A program made the position numbers and the translations under genes. DNA of 64,000 nucleotides, taken from contig OZ059896.1 of the NCBI GenBank assembly GCA_964057225.1, positions 15,748,001 to 15,812,000 of the forward strand, written 5' to 3'. Each line of letters begins with the position of its first letter. Within the stretch, counting starts at the first letter, position 1. A model generated the notes under the pieces. The model was not told where the DNA came from and ran no database searches. It saw only the letters and a list, made by a program, of their open reading frames with translations. Of this stretch, positions 45,501-58,547 are shown in pieces. The stretch is from Auanema rhodensis. Lineage: Eukaryota > Animalia > Nematoda.

Positions 45501-47133
45501 CCTTCGAATATTACAAAATCACCATCATTTGTAACTTCTCCCCCAATTTCTCTGTAATTATGAACATTAAGCCAAAAATAAAATTTATCTCATACTTTAT
45601 TCTATCTAAATCGAATAACCGACATGTAGAGCGTTTCTTAATTTTGTAATTTCTATCTGCTTCCTAGAAAAAAATCGCAATTTCATATTTTATCAATAGA
45701 AGTTTTACCGTTCTCAAAGCTCCTCGCATTCTGTTATAGTCAATCCTAGGAACTATCTTCAAGTTGACTTTATTCTGTGGAATGTCAACCCAATCAACCT
45801 AGAAATATGAAACTTTGGAAAAGATGCTATCAATTTAACAAACTTGGGCCAAATCGTCTTTGTACATTGTTCTTTTCAATCTGACATAAGCTCCAGGTTT
45901 AAGAATAGGAATATCTTTCACAACTCGAAGAGTATCAACCATATCTTTGATGGGAACCATCTACGAGAAGAATTTAATTTCAACGACTTTCAAAAAAAGG
46001 GCAAACCGTGATATTGAATGAATTAAGAGCAGAGATTCCATCAATTGCACTAGCAACATGAGATTGTTTGTAAGCTTCAATATAAAGCATTCCTTTCAGG
46101 CCTTCTTTGACAACAATGGATTTGATTTGGAGAGGCTGCAAACAAAAGAAAACAAGTAAAAAAGGTTTCTAGACTTTAAGAACTAACTTCATCACTTGAC
46201 TCATAAGCGATATACTTTCTCATTAGCTGCATGGCAACAAGCTTTTCTTCACCCATTCGGCATTTAACAATCCAGAGATTCGGATCTTTTGTTGAAGGCA
46301 ACAAACCATGTTGAGAAATGTCATCTAATTAAGACTATAAGTAATTAGATAGAAATGAGAAATACCTAGATCATCCTCATCATCAATGACATCTCGTGCA
46401 GAAGTTGATTTGTACTTGTTTTCAAAATATCGTCCAATTTCATCTTCATTCATGTTTCTGAAAATAGCACAACTTTTTTGAAAATATTCAAAAAAAACCT
46501 ACGCAAATTTATTTCTCTCAGTTCTTCGTTCTGCTTCAATTTGTCGTCTATACTTATCAGCCTTAAAAAACTTTCCATATTAATCAAAATAAAACTTGTC
46601 ACACCTCATCTCTTTCATTTGGCTCAAAATTTCGAGTATCATCATCATCATCATCTTCGTCTTCCGACTCGTCGTCATCTACATCTACATCTTCCAAGAA
46701 GAAATCAGTTACAGCTGGTCTACGAGACTACAATAGTAATAAAAATATAAACATTCCTCAAATGCCGACTTACTCTTTTATGCTTCTTCTTCTTTTTGCT
46801 TGGACGTATTTCTTCTTCTTCTTCTGAATCCATTTCACTCCCATCATCGTCATCTTTAGCAACGTCGTCTTCATCATCTTCTTCCTCACTTTCAGATGCT
46901 ATCTGAAAAATATCGATCAATATTTGATTAAGTTCGTAAAATTTACTGATACCTTTCTTTTTTTTGCCTTTTTTGCTGGTTTTCGTTCGCCCTCACTATT
47001 AGAACCATTTTCGGAGTCATCAGAACCACTTTCATCCTAATGATACATTAAATTAAACTTTAATTATAGGTAATTGAAATACCCGAACTGATGGTTTTTC
47101 TTGATAGTCATCGTCACTCTCATCCGATGACAT
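42531..47133 (-). CDS. spt-5: Transcription elongation factor SPT5 (DSIF large subunit)
   Basis: Acidic N-terminus ([10 protein letters not shown]...), NGN domain ([21 protein letters not shown]), KOW motifs ([21 protein letters not shown]; [25 protein letters not shown]), CTR repeats (TPMYGAQ; GGRTPAYD) and a C-terminal KOW region ending ..FCCRMDDAQ* at 42531. TTCCAG lies 1 nt before the ATG. Confidence 0.97.
43410..43810 (-). repeat. SPT5 C-terminal repeat region (G[G/S/A]RTPAYD octapeptides and TPMYGAQ heptapeptides)
   Basis: Translation of exons at about 43380-43573 and 43620-43880. Confidence 0.9.
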
Positions 47134-47778
47134 CCTGGAAGAACATGTATATTACAAGAAAATAAACAGAAATAGGGCTAGTAAGTGAAGGTAATCTTAA
47201 TATAACTCATAAGAATATAGCTACTTTAGACATTTCAAGGCACTGGCAAAACCATTTCAATTTGAATACTGACTTATTAAAAACTTATAGCAGCTTGCAT
47301 TCTTATTGAAATGCAAACATTAAAGGGTGCAATACTTTGTGTTTAGGGCGCGCTTTTATGAACGCGTGCAGGCTCATGTGTTCACAAATCATCGAACTGC
47401 GAAGAACTATTATTGAAACGCGTCCGGACACCATCATGACCTTTTAGCAATACTAGAAAAGATTTTTTTACAATTGTATGCATATCATACTTAATTATTC
47501 GTTAAATATTAAATATAATTAAGAATAAAATTTCTTACCAGGTTGCATGGTTTTGTTGTAATTACATAGTCCTTCTTGAATCTTGGGAAATATATGACGA
47601 AACGAAATTTTAAGATATAGATCATCGAATGCATGTGTAGCCTCACCATTTAAAACTTATTCAATTGCATAACTAATACTATGTGAATTATAATCAGATA
47701 AACTGTTTTTATTATAAATAACTCGGTCACTCAACAATTTTCCGAAGAAAAAAATACTATTGTGACTTCATTACAAAC
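47134..47778. promoter_or_regulatory. Short divergent (bidirectional) promoter region between spt-5 and the sugar transferase
   Basis: 645 bp separate the head-to-head ATGs. GGCGCGC (47347-47353) and two ACGCGT (47362, 47418) stand out in the AT-rich context. Confidence 0.55.
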
Positions 47779-50030
47779 ATGCAAACTCTACTACACTCAG
47801 CAATATGGCTTTCATCCATAATTTTTTTACTTTTTACTTTATTATTTTCATCAAATTATGTAATGAACAGTCGCCATCTTCTTATTATGAATGAGAATGA
47901 AAAAGAATTTCAAGCTATTGATATATTTCGTGATCCTTCATTAACTAAAGCCATCAAGTCATTACCGGATAATTATGGTGTTATTTTATTGAATCAATAT
48001 GCTTTGAAAATGACTCTAAATTGGTTATGTAATACCGCATATATGGGAATTCATCACCGAATTCTATTCTTTGTACTTGATTCTGAAGCAAGGCTTGGCC
48101 TTCAACAGCATTACAGTAATCTAACGATAGTCCAATGGAAGTCTCCAGTTTTAGAGGTTATTAACATCATTCTATCAAATTCAAAGCAACCAATTCTTTT
48201 TGAATGCGAAATGAAATGAAAATAAAATAAAACTTTACTTGAATTAAATAAATTTAAATTATCAATTATGTCTGCTTTTCAGAATTCATTCAAACCATTT
48301 GATTCAACCTATATGAGTTTCTTCTTGATGAGAACTAACTTGATCCAAGCACTACAGTTTCATGGAAAACCTTTTTGGATGTTACAAGCTGATACTATAT
48401 GGGCTTCTAATCCATTACAAATGTTAGAGAAGATGACAAACTATGACATCCTAGTTGATCAGCAAGGCTATGAAGGTATAGCAGATTCAAGGTACATCAA
48501 GTTTCGAAATCCCATTACTTCACTTCTGCTTTAAGAAAGAAAATTATGAATGGAGCAAACTTCTATATTCCAACTTCATCTAATAGTAAATCGTTAGTTC
48601 ATTCTTGGTTAAGCTGGCAACGTTGGGTATACATCACTGACCCAGACATCGTCAAAATGTTTTGCTTGAGCCATAAATATAATTGTGGCTATATACCTCA
48701 TAAGTAATTAATTTGAAAAAATTAAATTGTTATAATTATTTTAAGTATTGTATCTGGATGGGAATGGATATATGGAGATCAGTCAAATCCACCAATGATG
48801 ATTCAAATGGATGGAGAAACAGATGGAGGCAAGGTAAGTATTCTTGACTTATCTATTTCGTTCAATATAATCAAAAATTATAAGAAAACTAAGAAAGGGA
48901 AGTATTTTTAGAATTCAATTGAATTTAGGATTTTACGTGTACTTCTTTTTAGGAAAAAGTATTAGAGAAATATGGCTTTTGGTTTTTAAATGAGAAACTC
49001 TCCTGTGAACCGAATCATGTTCGCAAAGCCATCGAGAACATCAGAGGAGGCTCGGTAAGCTTAATCCATTCCTCTTTCTTATCTCAACTTGAAATACAAA
49101 CTAATTTATTTCAAACGATAAATACGAATATGATCTAAGGATTCTCAAGGATATATTTTCTGAAGAATGACTTCAACGTAATTGTCCTCGTTCTTCAATT
49201 TATATCATTCTTTTTTTTGAAAATTGTCGTATTGGAACGACTAAAATGCGATGGATATGGTTAAATTCATCTTGCTAACAGCATTTCCTTATTGTGAAAA
49301 GAACGAGGGTGAGAGAAAAGGAGAAAATGACTTCCCTCTCTCAGTAAGCTAACAGAGATTGGTTAGCCGAACGTTCTTTCATTCTCTTTTTAATCTTAAA
49401 ATACATCTATACGGCAAGACATACATAACTCCCACTACTAGAGTGTCTTCTCTTCCCTCTTTTTATATAATTTTTTCCTTTATTTCCTTTTTCTTTCTAT
49501 TAGGCTCTCAAGCTGCTCTACCCCTTTCCCCCCACAACAGAGCATTCTTTTTTTTTTTGAAAATCCACCAATTTTCGAGAATCCTGATTCCCTGTGTCTC
49601 TCTATTCTGATCGCACTGTGACAGCAGGATTACATTTTATGATCATGAGAAAATTGTTTTATTCAATATATTAAAATTGCCTAATTAGGTGCTCTGTAGC
49701 GAATGATGTGATTTACGGGAATGAACCAGGCTTCTCCGTGCAACTTGGAGCGATATTTTTGGTTTTTGAGCTTTCAACATCTTCTAGCTTTTTTCAGATT
49801 TCAATTTTCCTTTTTCGAACAACCTAAATTAAATTTCTAAAATACAAAAAAAGTAGAATAAAAGATATTTTCAGGTACCAAGAGTGTACTCTGCATCAAA
49901 AGAAAAGCAGAACGTAGTGCTAAAGCTAGGAGAATGGCTCAATCAGATGCCTATATTTGGATATTATTCGTCCATATATGGTGGAATCACATCCCTATAT
50001 TTGCAATTATTTAATTTTTCTCTTCAATAA
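47779..50030 (+). CDS. Nucleotide-diphospho-sugar transferase (Nucleotid_trans/GT77-like), type II membrane protein
   Basis: Exons 47779-48156 (N-terminal TM; LNWLCNT), 48283-48491 (FWMLQADTIWASNP, DILVDQQG), 48536-48703 (MNGANFYI..YITDPDIVKMFC), 48746-48833 (SGWEW..IQMDGE), 48953-49054 (KYGFWFL) and 49875-50030. All phases are consistent. Confidence 0.85.
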
Positions 50031-53000
50031 GTTTATTTCGAAATAAATTCGTAAAATGTTTGCAAAAATGTTTCGGATGAACTAAGTTTTCTTCGTGCAC
50101 TCCAACTTTGTTAGCATTCCATCCATACTAAGAACTTTAACAGTTTATCCAATATTCTTATAAATCTTTAGGAGGATTGCCAGAGGAAGAACGCACACGA
50201 TACTTTTTGACCTCAGGGGAATTTGGAAAATCGTGAGAAAATTTGTGGCCAATAAGGATATTATATACATATTTCCATATTTGCATTTGCTATATGTATA
50301 CTTAACTAGCTTGAAGTACAAGTTATTGGTATAATCGGAGGCAGCTTAACTGATTTTTCGAAAAAAAAAACAAGAAGAGTACGATGGTTTGAAAGAATAT
50401 TTTTCTGGGTAAATGGGAAAATACTTTTTTTACATTGAGTAAGTTAAACCTTAAGAAGCAGTATATCTCATATCTATCAAATATGTGTGTCTCTGTGTCA
50501 TATGCTCTACACCAGAACGGCAATCCGGCTTCTATGTTGATGCAAGAAAGCTTCTCAAATGCATATACTTTCAAAACTATTATATGTAAAGTCGTAACAC
50601 TTACAGTATGAAGACAGTTGTTTACTTCAAGAGGTCTTTAGTACTTTTTTCTAGAATTTTGTGAAAACGATAAGGAAGATATAAACGGAAAATGAATTGA
50701 ATATCACATATATTATGTTGTAAGATAACAGCATCAAGTCGAAACATAATGAATAAGCTGGTAAAGTCTTATGTCTTTTCAAGCTTTGAAATGCTGATGT
50801 TAGCCTTTTTCTTTATAAATATGTACATATATGTATGTATGTACATGTACATATACCGTTAATACTATTCTATAAAAAACATTGTCCCCATTACTAATAT
50901 AGAGAGAGTTTGTTTAGAGATCTGAGATCTTAAACTTAGATAGCTTGATTTGAATGAATAATTTGTTCATTTTATGTCTATTCTTCACAAATTTCTTATA
51001 ATCGTACGGAGAAAAAAAAGGAGTTGCCTTGAATAATTGAACAAATAATTCCAAAAATCCATTTCTTATACTTTCCCATATATTATCAAATATTCTCTAA
51101 TGTTCTGAAATTTCCATTTTTTCAACAAAAAAAAATATGAAAAATGGATGATATTCTCAATCGTTATAAATAATTATATGAACTATCCTTTTTGAATAAT
51201 TTTTATTATATTCAACGAATAAATGTAATTTCTTAACATTCTTATTAGCTTTATATTGTAACGAAAAGAATATCCAAATCTTCACTAATATCAGTGACAA
51301 ACTGTTTTATTCTGACTAAAGCATAAGGTCATATGAACTTTGAGCCGAAAATTATGGGATTGAGTTGCTGTGATGGTGAGCATGATTATGAGATAACATG
51401 GTAAACTTGAATCTTTTTGACCGTAGAAGCAGTTTAAACTTGCCAATAGTTGATGGAGGATTAACGTTCGAATTCGGGTGCAAATATTTGAAAATGGGTT
51501 CGAAAAAAATCGAATAATCATCTGAAATAGCGATTAGCTGGACAATTTTCATTCAAAGTGCTTACGCATTCATCCCTGGTGTCTTCTCACTCTCATTCTC
51601 TGTTAGCTGTGCGTCTTAGCGCTTGTTCCTTCCTCTATTCTCGAATCACAAGCCAATTGTCGTCTGAGACAATGCGGCTCACCAGCAAAGGTTAATGCTC
51701 CTTGTATGTGCTGCAATACATCTTCAGCTTCTGCAGCCAGATTTTAATAAAACATCCAGCTTCATAATAATGCCTCAACCTCAAATAATTTATTAAACAT
51801 GTTAATGACGTCATTAATTCGTCTCATTTCCCTTTAGTAAGTATTCCATTTCTGCAGTCCATAGATAATCTAACTATCTCATTTGAGCATTATCACACTT
51901 CAATCTCTCAAACCAAATTATATTTTTTTCCCTCACACACTATTGATAGTGTCACTTTATGCCATCTGCCTCTGCTATTCTTCATCACTCAGTTGTTACA
52001 TCGTTTTTCAAAAGTTTCTTCTATGTTTTCATCTATGGCACAAATAGAAAAAAACATTTCTTTAAGAATTTTCTTCGTACTCTACCTTAAAATCATTCAA
52101 AATGTTCATTTCGTTTTCGACTTATTTCCGATACAACTATTTAACAAAAAAATGGCTTGAAACGTAGTTATAGTATGGTTAACCATACGTTTTTTTATTT
52201 TTTTTATTTTCATTTAAATTTTTCTTCTTTTTTTCTTTGTTTCTATAACAAGTTCATTGCCCTAACTTCATCGCTTGTTGAAATTCCATATTGTTCTGTT
52301 TCTGGTCGTCTTTTCCACTTTTTATCTTTTGTTTGAAGATGTGGAAAAACATTTTTTGCATTAAAAAAGATTTTAAAGTTATCATTCATCATGCTGATTA
52401 TCAAGCTAAATATATAATCTTCAACACTAAAAATAGATTTGTATTAATAGAACAAAGAAAAGTTCATTTTTGCTTACTAATTTTGATATATCCAAGGAAT
52501 TACCTTAAAATGAACTACTCGTGTAAGAATTATCTTTATGACCTTATAAACACAAGTTCGATTGCTTTCTCTTTTCCAAGTATTTAAACTGTTTTTCTTT
52601 CATTTTTTGAACTTCAGTCGAATACTTGTGATGGCGATGCTTCAAAATAATTATAGTTTTGACCACAATTTTTCTTTTTCTGATTATTTTGTTGAATAAT
52701 TAAACTGAATATTCATTTTTCTATACCAATACGTAATTATTTCCAAAAACGTTCTTTCACTTTTTTTTTCTTTCAGTTATCTCTAAAAGTTGGTGATCTA
52801 TAGGAAGAAAGAATAAAATGAAGGAACGTTACTATAAAACTTCTCAAAGTTTATCTGTCAGCCTTGAATATAATTGAGAAGTCGGAATAGTAAATACTTG
52901 CATGTTTCCACTATGAAATGACACATCTGCTATTTGTGTTCTGAACAAAGATGTTTTCAACAAAAACAATATAACCACTTCATAGATTGACTAATCTATC

Positions 53001-53843
53001 CTGAACAAGTTGGAATCTGTCTTGTTGCATGTGCTCCATTTATCTGGCCTTTAAACGATAAGAGAAACAAAAAAAACGAGCTTGTTACGTTTGTCTGCAA
53101 CAATCAAATTCCGGCTGTTGATTTGAAATTCGAAAATCCATTTGTAGATTCATTTGTATAGACTTCCTTCATAAAAAAACAACAAATTGACAACAAATGT
53201 TTTTTTTCTGTTTTACTCCAGAAGTGCCTCGAGTATGAAAACGTATGCAAGACATCTTCAATCAAAATTTCAAATTCTTAAGTTTCATAAATCATTACTT
53301 TCCATTTAATATTGGTTAAATCGTAAAATTGATTATAAATTCTTCTTCTTGTTCCTTCTTCATTATTTCTCAATTTATTTATTTAGTAAAATGAAAAAAT
53401 GAAATATTTTAATAATTTTTGAAAATTTTTAAAAGGTAAGAAATGCAATATGATATCTTATATTGAATTTACAAACAATTTTCATAATTCAAACATCAAC
53501 ACAAAACATACACATATTTCAGCTTCAAATACAATATGATGATTTGACGTCACAAAATTTGAATACACGTCAAGTATTACGTGTACAAGTTTCGTACAGC
53601 CATTGCTAACTTGCAGATATGATGAGCGGTTGTATATGTAACCAATATCTTCTTTCATTCATCCTATTCTTACGAATTAGAATTGAAATATTTTTGCATA
53701 CATTTTTAGGTTAAAAAATAAAAACAAAATGTTTTAATATAAATATACCAATTATGATTCTCTATACATATACTTATATACATATAGCCTGCCCAGAATG
53801 ATATGTATAATCGAAATTAATATGTATATATATTATGTCATAT

Positions 53844-53844
<1 letters not shown>

Positions 53845-53906
<62 letters not shown>
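53845..53906. repeat. (AT)n microsatellite
   Basis: Direct reading. Confidence 0.95.
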
Positions 53907-53909
<3 letters not shown>

Positions 53910-55782
53910 AACATATAATTAAGATATATTTAATGTTATAAGTATAATTTCGACCAAATATTTCGGAAAAGAAAAGAGGGAGGAGATTAAAGAAATGCTG
54001 AGTTTTCTCTCTGTAACCCATACATTGAACTAATCAGATATAGCTTGCTCTAGCTTGTGTTGCTCTGGTTGCTTTAGTTCAAAAGAAGCGACAGACATGC
54101 ACCATCATTCATGCAAAACACATGTTTCAACATATTTGTTTATGTTTATACTAATCATCAATCAGATCTATTTGCCAATTTTTCTGAACATATAAGATAA
54201 CGAGAAGCTGAATTTAAGTCGTTTTTTGGCTTCTAACTTCCTACCGCCATTTTTCAATTTTTTTTCTGCTTAATTCACTATGAGCGTTTAAAACTTATTT
54301 TTTCGTGAAAATGAGTTTCTAACTATGCTATATATAGTTTATATAATTTCAAAAATACTTCTCAATTCAATAGCTTAAGATGCGATGTACTCATTCTCTA
54401 CATTCTTACCACCCACGTCTTTCATCTTCAATCACTATTCTCAATAACCGCAATGCTCTTAGTAGTCATACAGGGCATTCTTCTTCTCCTTCTTCTTCTT
54501 CTTCGTTCAAAATCTTTACTAAACATGAATAAACATATCTTTCTTCATCATAATCTCTGCTATGAATAATTCGGAATTTCTAATTGTTCCATTATCCATT
54601 TATCATCATTTTTCTTTTTTTTTTTCATTTTATTTTAAACTTTTTTTTTTCTGACTCCCTCATTCTCATTTTTCGCGTTAAACCATCATATTAACATATT
54701 TTGTCAGCATAATACAACTATTATTATTCAAAAAATAGATAAAAAAATCAGTTTTCATGTTGATTTTCAATTTTAACCTTTCACGCCCTCAACTTCAACA
54801 ACTTGATGTTTCCTGTAAAAACATTCCCAACTATCTTTTCTTCTTTTTTTGGTCGGAAAAGGAACAAAAAACTGCGCATTGATGAAGTACAGACAAATCC
54901 AAAAAACAAACGGAAATTCAGGAGCATAGCGATGTTTAAGCCTAAAATCTAATCATTCTTTGATTTCTTATTGTTGGTCAGTGGACATGGTTCAACAAGT
55001 CATCACGCTAAATCAATGTGAAGATTTGCCAACTGTCAACTCCTTAGATGTTATTTAAATTTTAAGAAATCACGATCGTAGCTCAAAGCTTGAACACATA
55101 ACACACTATGCTATTACAACATTACAGCCTGAATGTAGATCATGTATTTTCAATTTTCTTCTGATGAAATATGAATTAAATCTAAGATATGGCTGTACTT
55201 GAAGTAATAAATCAGTTACGGAACAAAAAATCTAAGTTTCCAGGAACAGCAATAAACTAAAAAATTATTGAGCATGAACGCATTTCGCAGGATCAGCTTT
55301 AGATACATATACATATATGTATGCACATATGTATCATCGTTATTCTATTATTCATGCATATTTTGCACCTGAACTACTAGCTTATCCTTGCTGTTTGATC
55401 ATTTTCTTCATCTTTTACTTTATTCTTTACAGTTTTTGCAACATTTTTTTCTTTATTTTGGTCGATGTTTAACTTCTATATATGTAAATACAACAAGAAA
55501 CATCTTTTAAAAACTTATAAAAGCAGAACAACATGATGACAAGACGACAAACGGAACAGAAATTCATTTGTAATATTTAAGATCTATGTATAGATGAATA
55601 TATACTGCAATGAAAGTATGAGATGTTAGGGTGGGGTGGGAAAAGTTGAATATATAAATATATTTCTATAGAAGAACATAGATCATTATCAACCTGTTTC
55701 CCATATTATACTAAATAATTATGTTTCTTTATGATCTTTTTGAACTTTCTATAAAGCTTAAATCTTTACCTTTCATCTCCTT

Positions 55783-55786
<4 letters not shown>

Positions 55787-55851
<65 letters not shown>
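55787..55851. repeat. (CT)n microsatellite
   Basis: Direct reading. Confidence 0.95.
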
Positions 55852-55854
<3 letters not shown>

Positions 55855-58485
55855 TCTTTCATTTCTGTAAACCAAAAATCGAGACGAAAAAACGTTTTAA
55901 TGACGACAATTACGACATTTTTGTAAGCCATGTTCTAAGAACGGCAGACTGCACTTAGACATCCATACATTGTTTCATAGATGAAGCAAATACGAAATTG
56001 AAATCTTCATTAGGATGTGAGGCTTGCATCAACCACAACCTACCCAGAAACATCTTCAATTTCGGCATCACCATCACGATATTTCTGCTATAAATTTTGC
56101 AAAAGAAATGAAAATCTGTTCTGTTCACGGCATATATAGCTGAGCAGTTCCCTGGCCATCAATCTCAACGCTTTTTTTGTGTCTTGTGCAAAGAAAATTG
56201 TCTTGAACAGCAATATAAATCAAAGAGTCCATTCCGGAATGTAATTAAGTCTTTTTCACTTAACTTTTTCTTCTAATTATCATAATCCATGAATAAATAC
56301 AAAAGTTTTTACAAGTTTGACATCAAGCAGAACTTCATTCATTATTCTACATTCATATCATTACTTGTCTCCGCATTTTTTGCAGTACTCAAGTTCATAA
56401 TCGGACCCTAATTCATGTCGTAGCTATAGCGCACAAGTAACTAAGCACAAGAAATTCAGTCTCTCTGGCCATTGTCTTAATTCGAGAGCTACATCATACC
56501 TGACATTAGGCATGCATATGTGCAGCAGCATGAACAACTTGCTTTCTCCCTCCCCACTCCCTCCTCCCTCTCTCTCTTCCTTGTTCCCTCCCTCTTTTTT
56601 TCCTTCTTGCTTTGTATTTTTCACTCTCAATCAGTATGTTTTATTTTCAAAAACCATTATAACACAGTATTTCTTCATTTTTTTAAACTTCAACATCAAA
56701 TTAACTCACTTCAAAAATCAAGAAGTGCATATAAGTAATCTGGATGATATCATTTACATGATTCAGTTAAATCTTTATAGAATAATTGATTACATATATG
56801 ATGTAAGATTTACCTATTCTTTATATATTTCCATTATATTCATAGTTTTTCTATAAAATATTCAAAAAATTGATCTGATTGAATGAATACTCATTAACAT
56901 TCTAAAACATCGCTGCTTGATCATTGACTTCTAGAAGTAACTAAGAGGATACTCATATTAAAGTCTGTGTCTCCTTTCTTTCTTCACACCATTTTTCTAC
57001 AATTCATCTCATCTCTTATGAAAACCTTACAATTATCCATTTTCATCATAATTTCATATCAAATTTTACCTAGTAATTTGTAATAAATTTTCTTTTTTCT
57101 TTCTTTTCATCTCATAAAAGACTGCAGTAGTAGTATCTTATGCTAACTCATTACTTGGTTATGGCATTGACTAGTCAACGACCTTTAATCTCTTTGTTTT
57201 CATATCAAATAATATTAAAATTTAAAAATAAAATAAAATATATCATATAATATAGATGAAGATATAAATATGTATATAGTATTTACTATTCTGAAAAAAA
57301 GGATAACGATTTGAAGAAACCCTGCCACAGCTTTTTCTATTTTGTTTACAATGATATACCCGAAATGTGAGTTGTATGACGAAATCAGGCTAAAAACTGT
57401 ATGAATTTGAGAAAATCGAATATCTTTACATACACAATGGTTAATAAGATTTTATTATTCTGAGAACAGATGATTTGAAAGAAAAAATGATTTTTTCACA
57501 TATTTTGAGTTTTTCCTCTTAACTTCTAAATATTTTGGAACTAGCTCTGTGCGTGTGTATGTGTATGTGTGTGCCTAGCAGCACTTGTTGTATTGCTCAA
57601 TATAATTTTTATTTTTATTAAATTCTATTAAACTCTAGATAAATGTGAATAAGATTAAACTTTTACAAATAAAATTAAAAATTCTCTTATTATTCTCCAG
57701 AAGTCTTTTAGCTTCTTCTATAACAATACTTGATTTGAGAACTTTCAAATCTCACACACCATTTGAAGCTAGTTCGTGTGTCTGTGCGTCGTATGTGAGT
57801 ATGTTCTCCCTCATCGTTTAACTGGCTACATTAAAACCTGATAGAACTTGAATTTCAACGAAAATCTGAGTAATATCCTTTATTTAAGATCATCTTTGAT
57901 ATTTACTTCAATACATTTACATCTATCTGTCTATATATTTAAACTCTAAAAACAAAAAGTAATATGTGTCGCCGCAATTCTGAATGGGTGGGGATGAACT
58001 AGGAAGAAAAGAGGCAAAAAGATTAAAATTTGAATAGATTGCCACATGAGTCTGAGAGATTTAAATCAGACTGAAGCATCAATTTTTAAGATTAATGATC
58101 AGATGCTTCACCAAAGTGAAGGAATCAGATAAGAGGACATTAAAGCTTTTATCTCATTTAAACTGTTTATAACATTATCTCAAAAAAATCTTCTTTTTTT
58201 TTTACTTCATTTTCTTTAACTGAAACTTTTTCCATATTCTGATGCTTCATCTTTATCGCTTTTTCTCATTAGTCATCTTGCCTAGATTATACAATTATAG
58301 CAAGTAACGGCACAATTCGAGATAAATGTGAATAAGATTAAACTTCCTTGATGTCATCTCATTATCACAGCTTCGCTTTTTTTTCTCTCTGTCTCTTCTT
58401 CTCTTATTTTCAAACTCATCTATAACTATTAACATGAAATGATTCAAAGGTCCAATTGAAAATTCTATTTTGCTATTTATGTTTT

Positions 58486-58495
58486 TCTCTCTCTT

Positions 58496-58526
<31 letters not shown>

Positions 58527-58547
58527 TTCTCTTTCTCTCTTTCTCTC
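58486..58547. repeat. Interrupted (CT)n microsatellite
   Basis: Direct reading. Confidence 0.9.
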
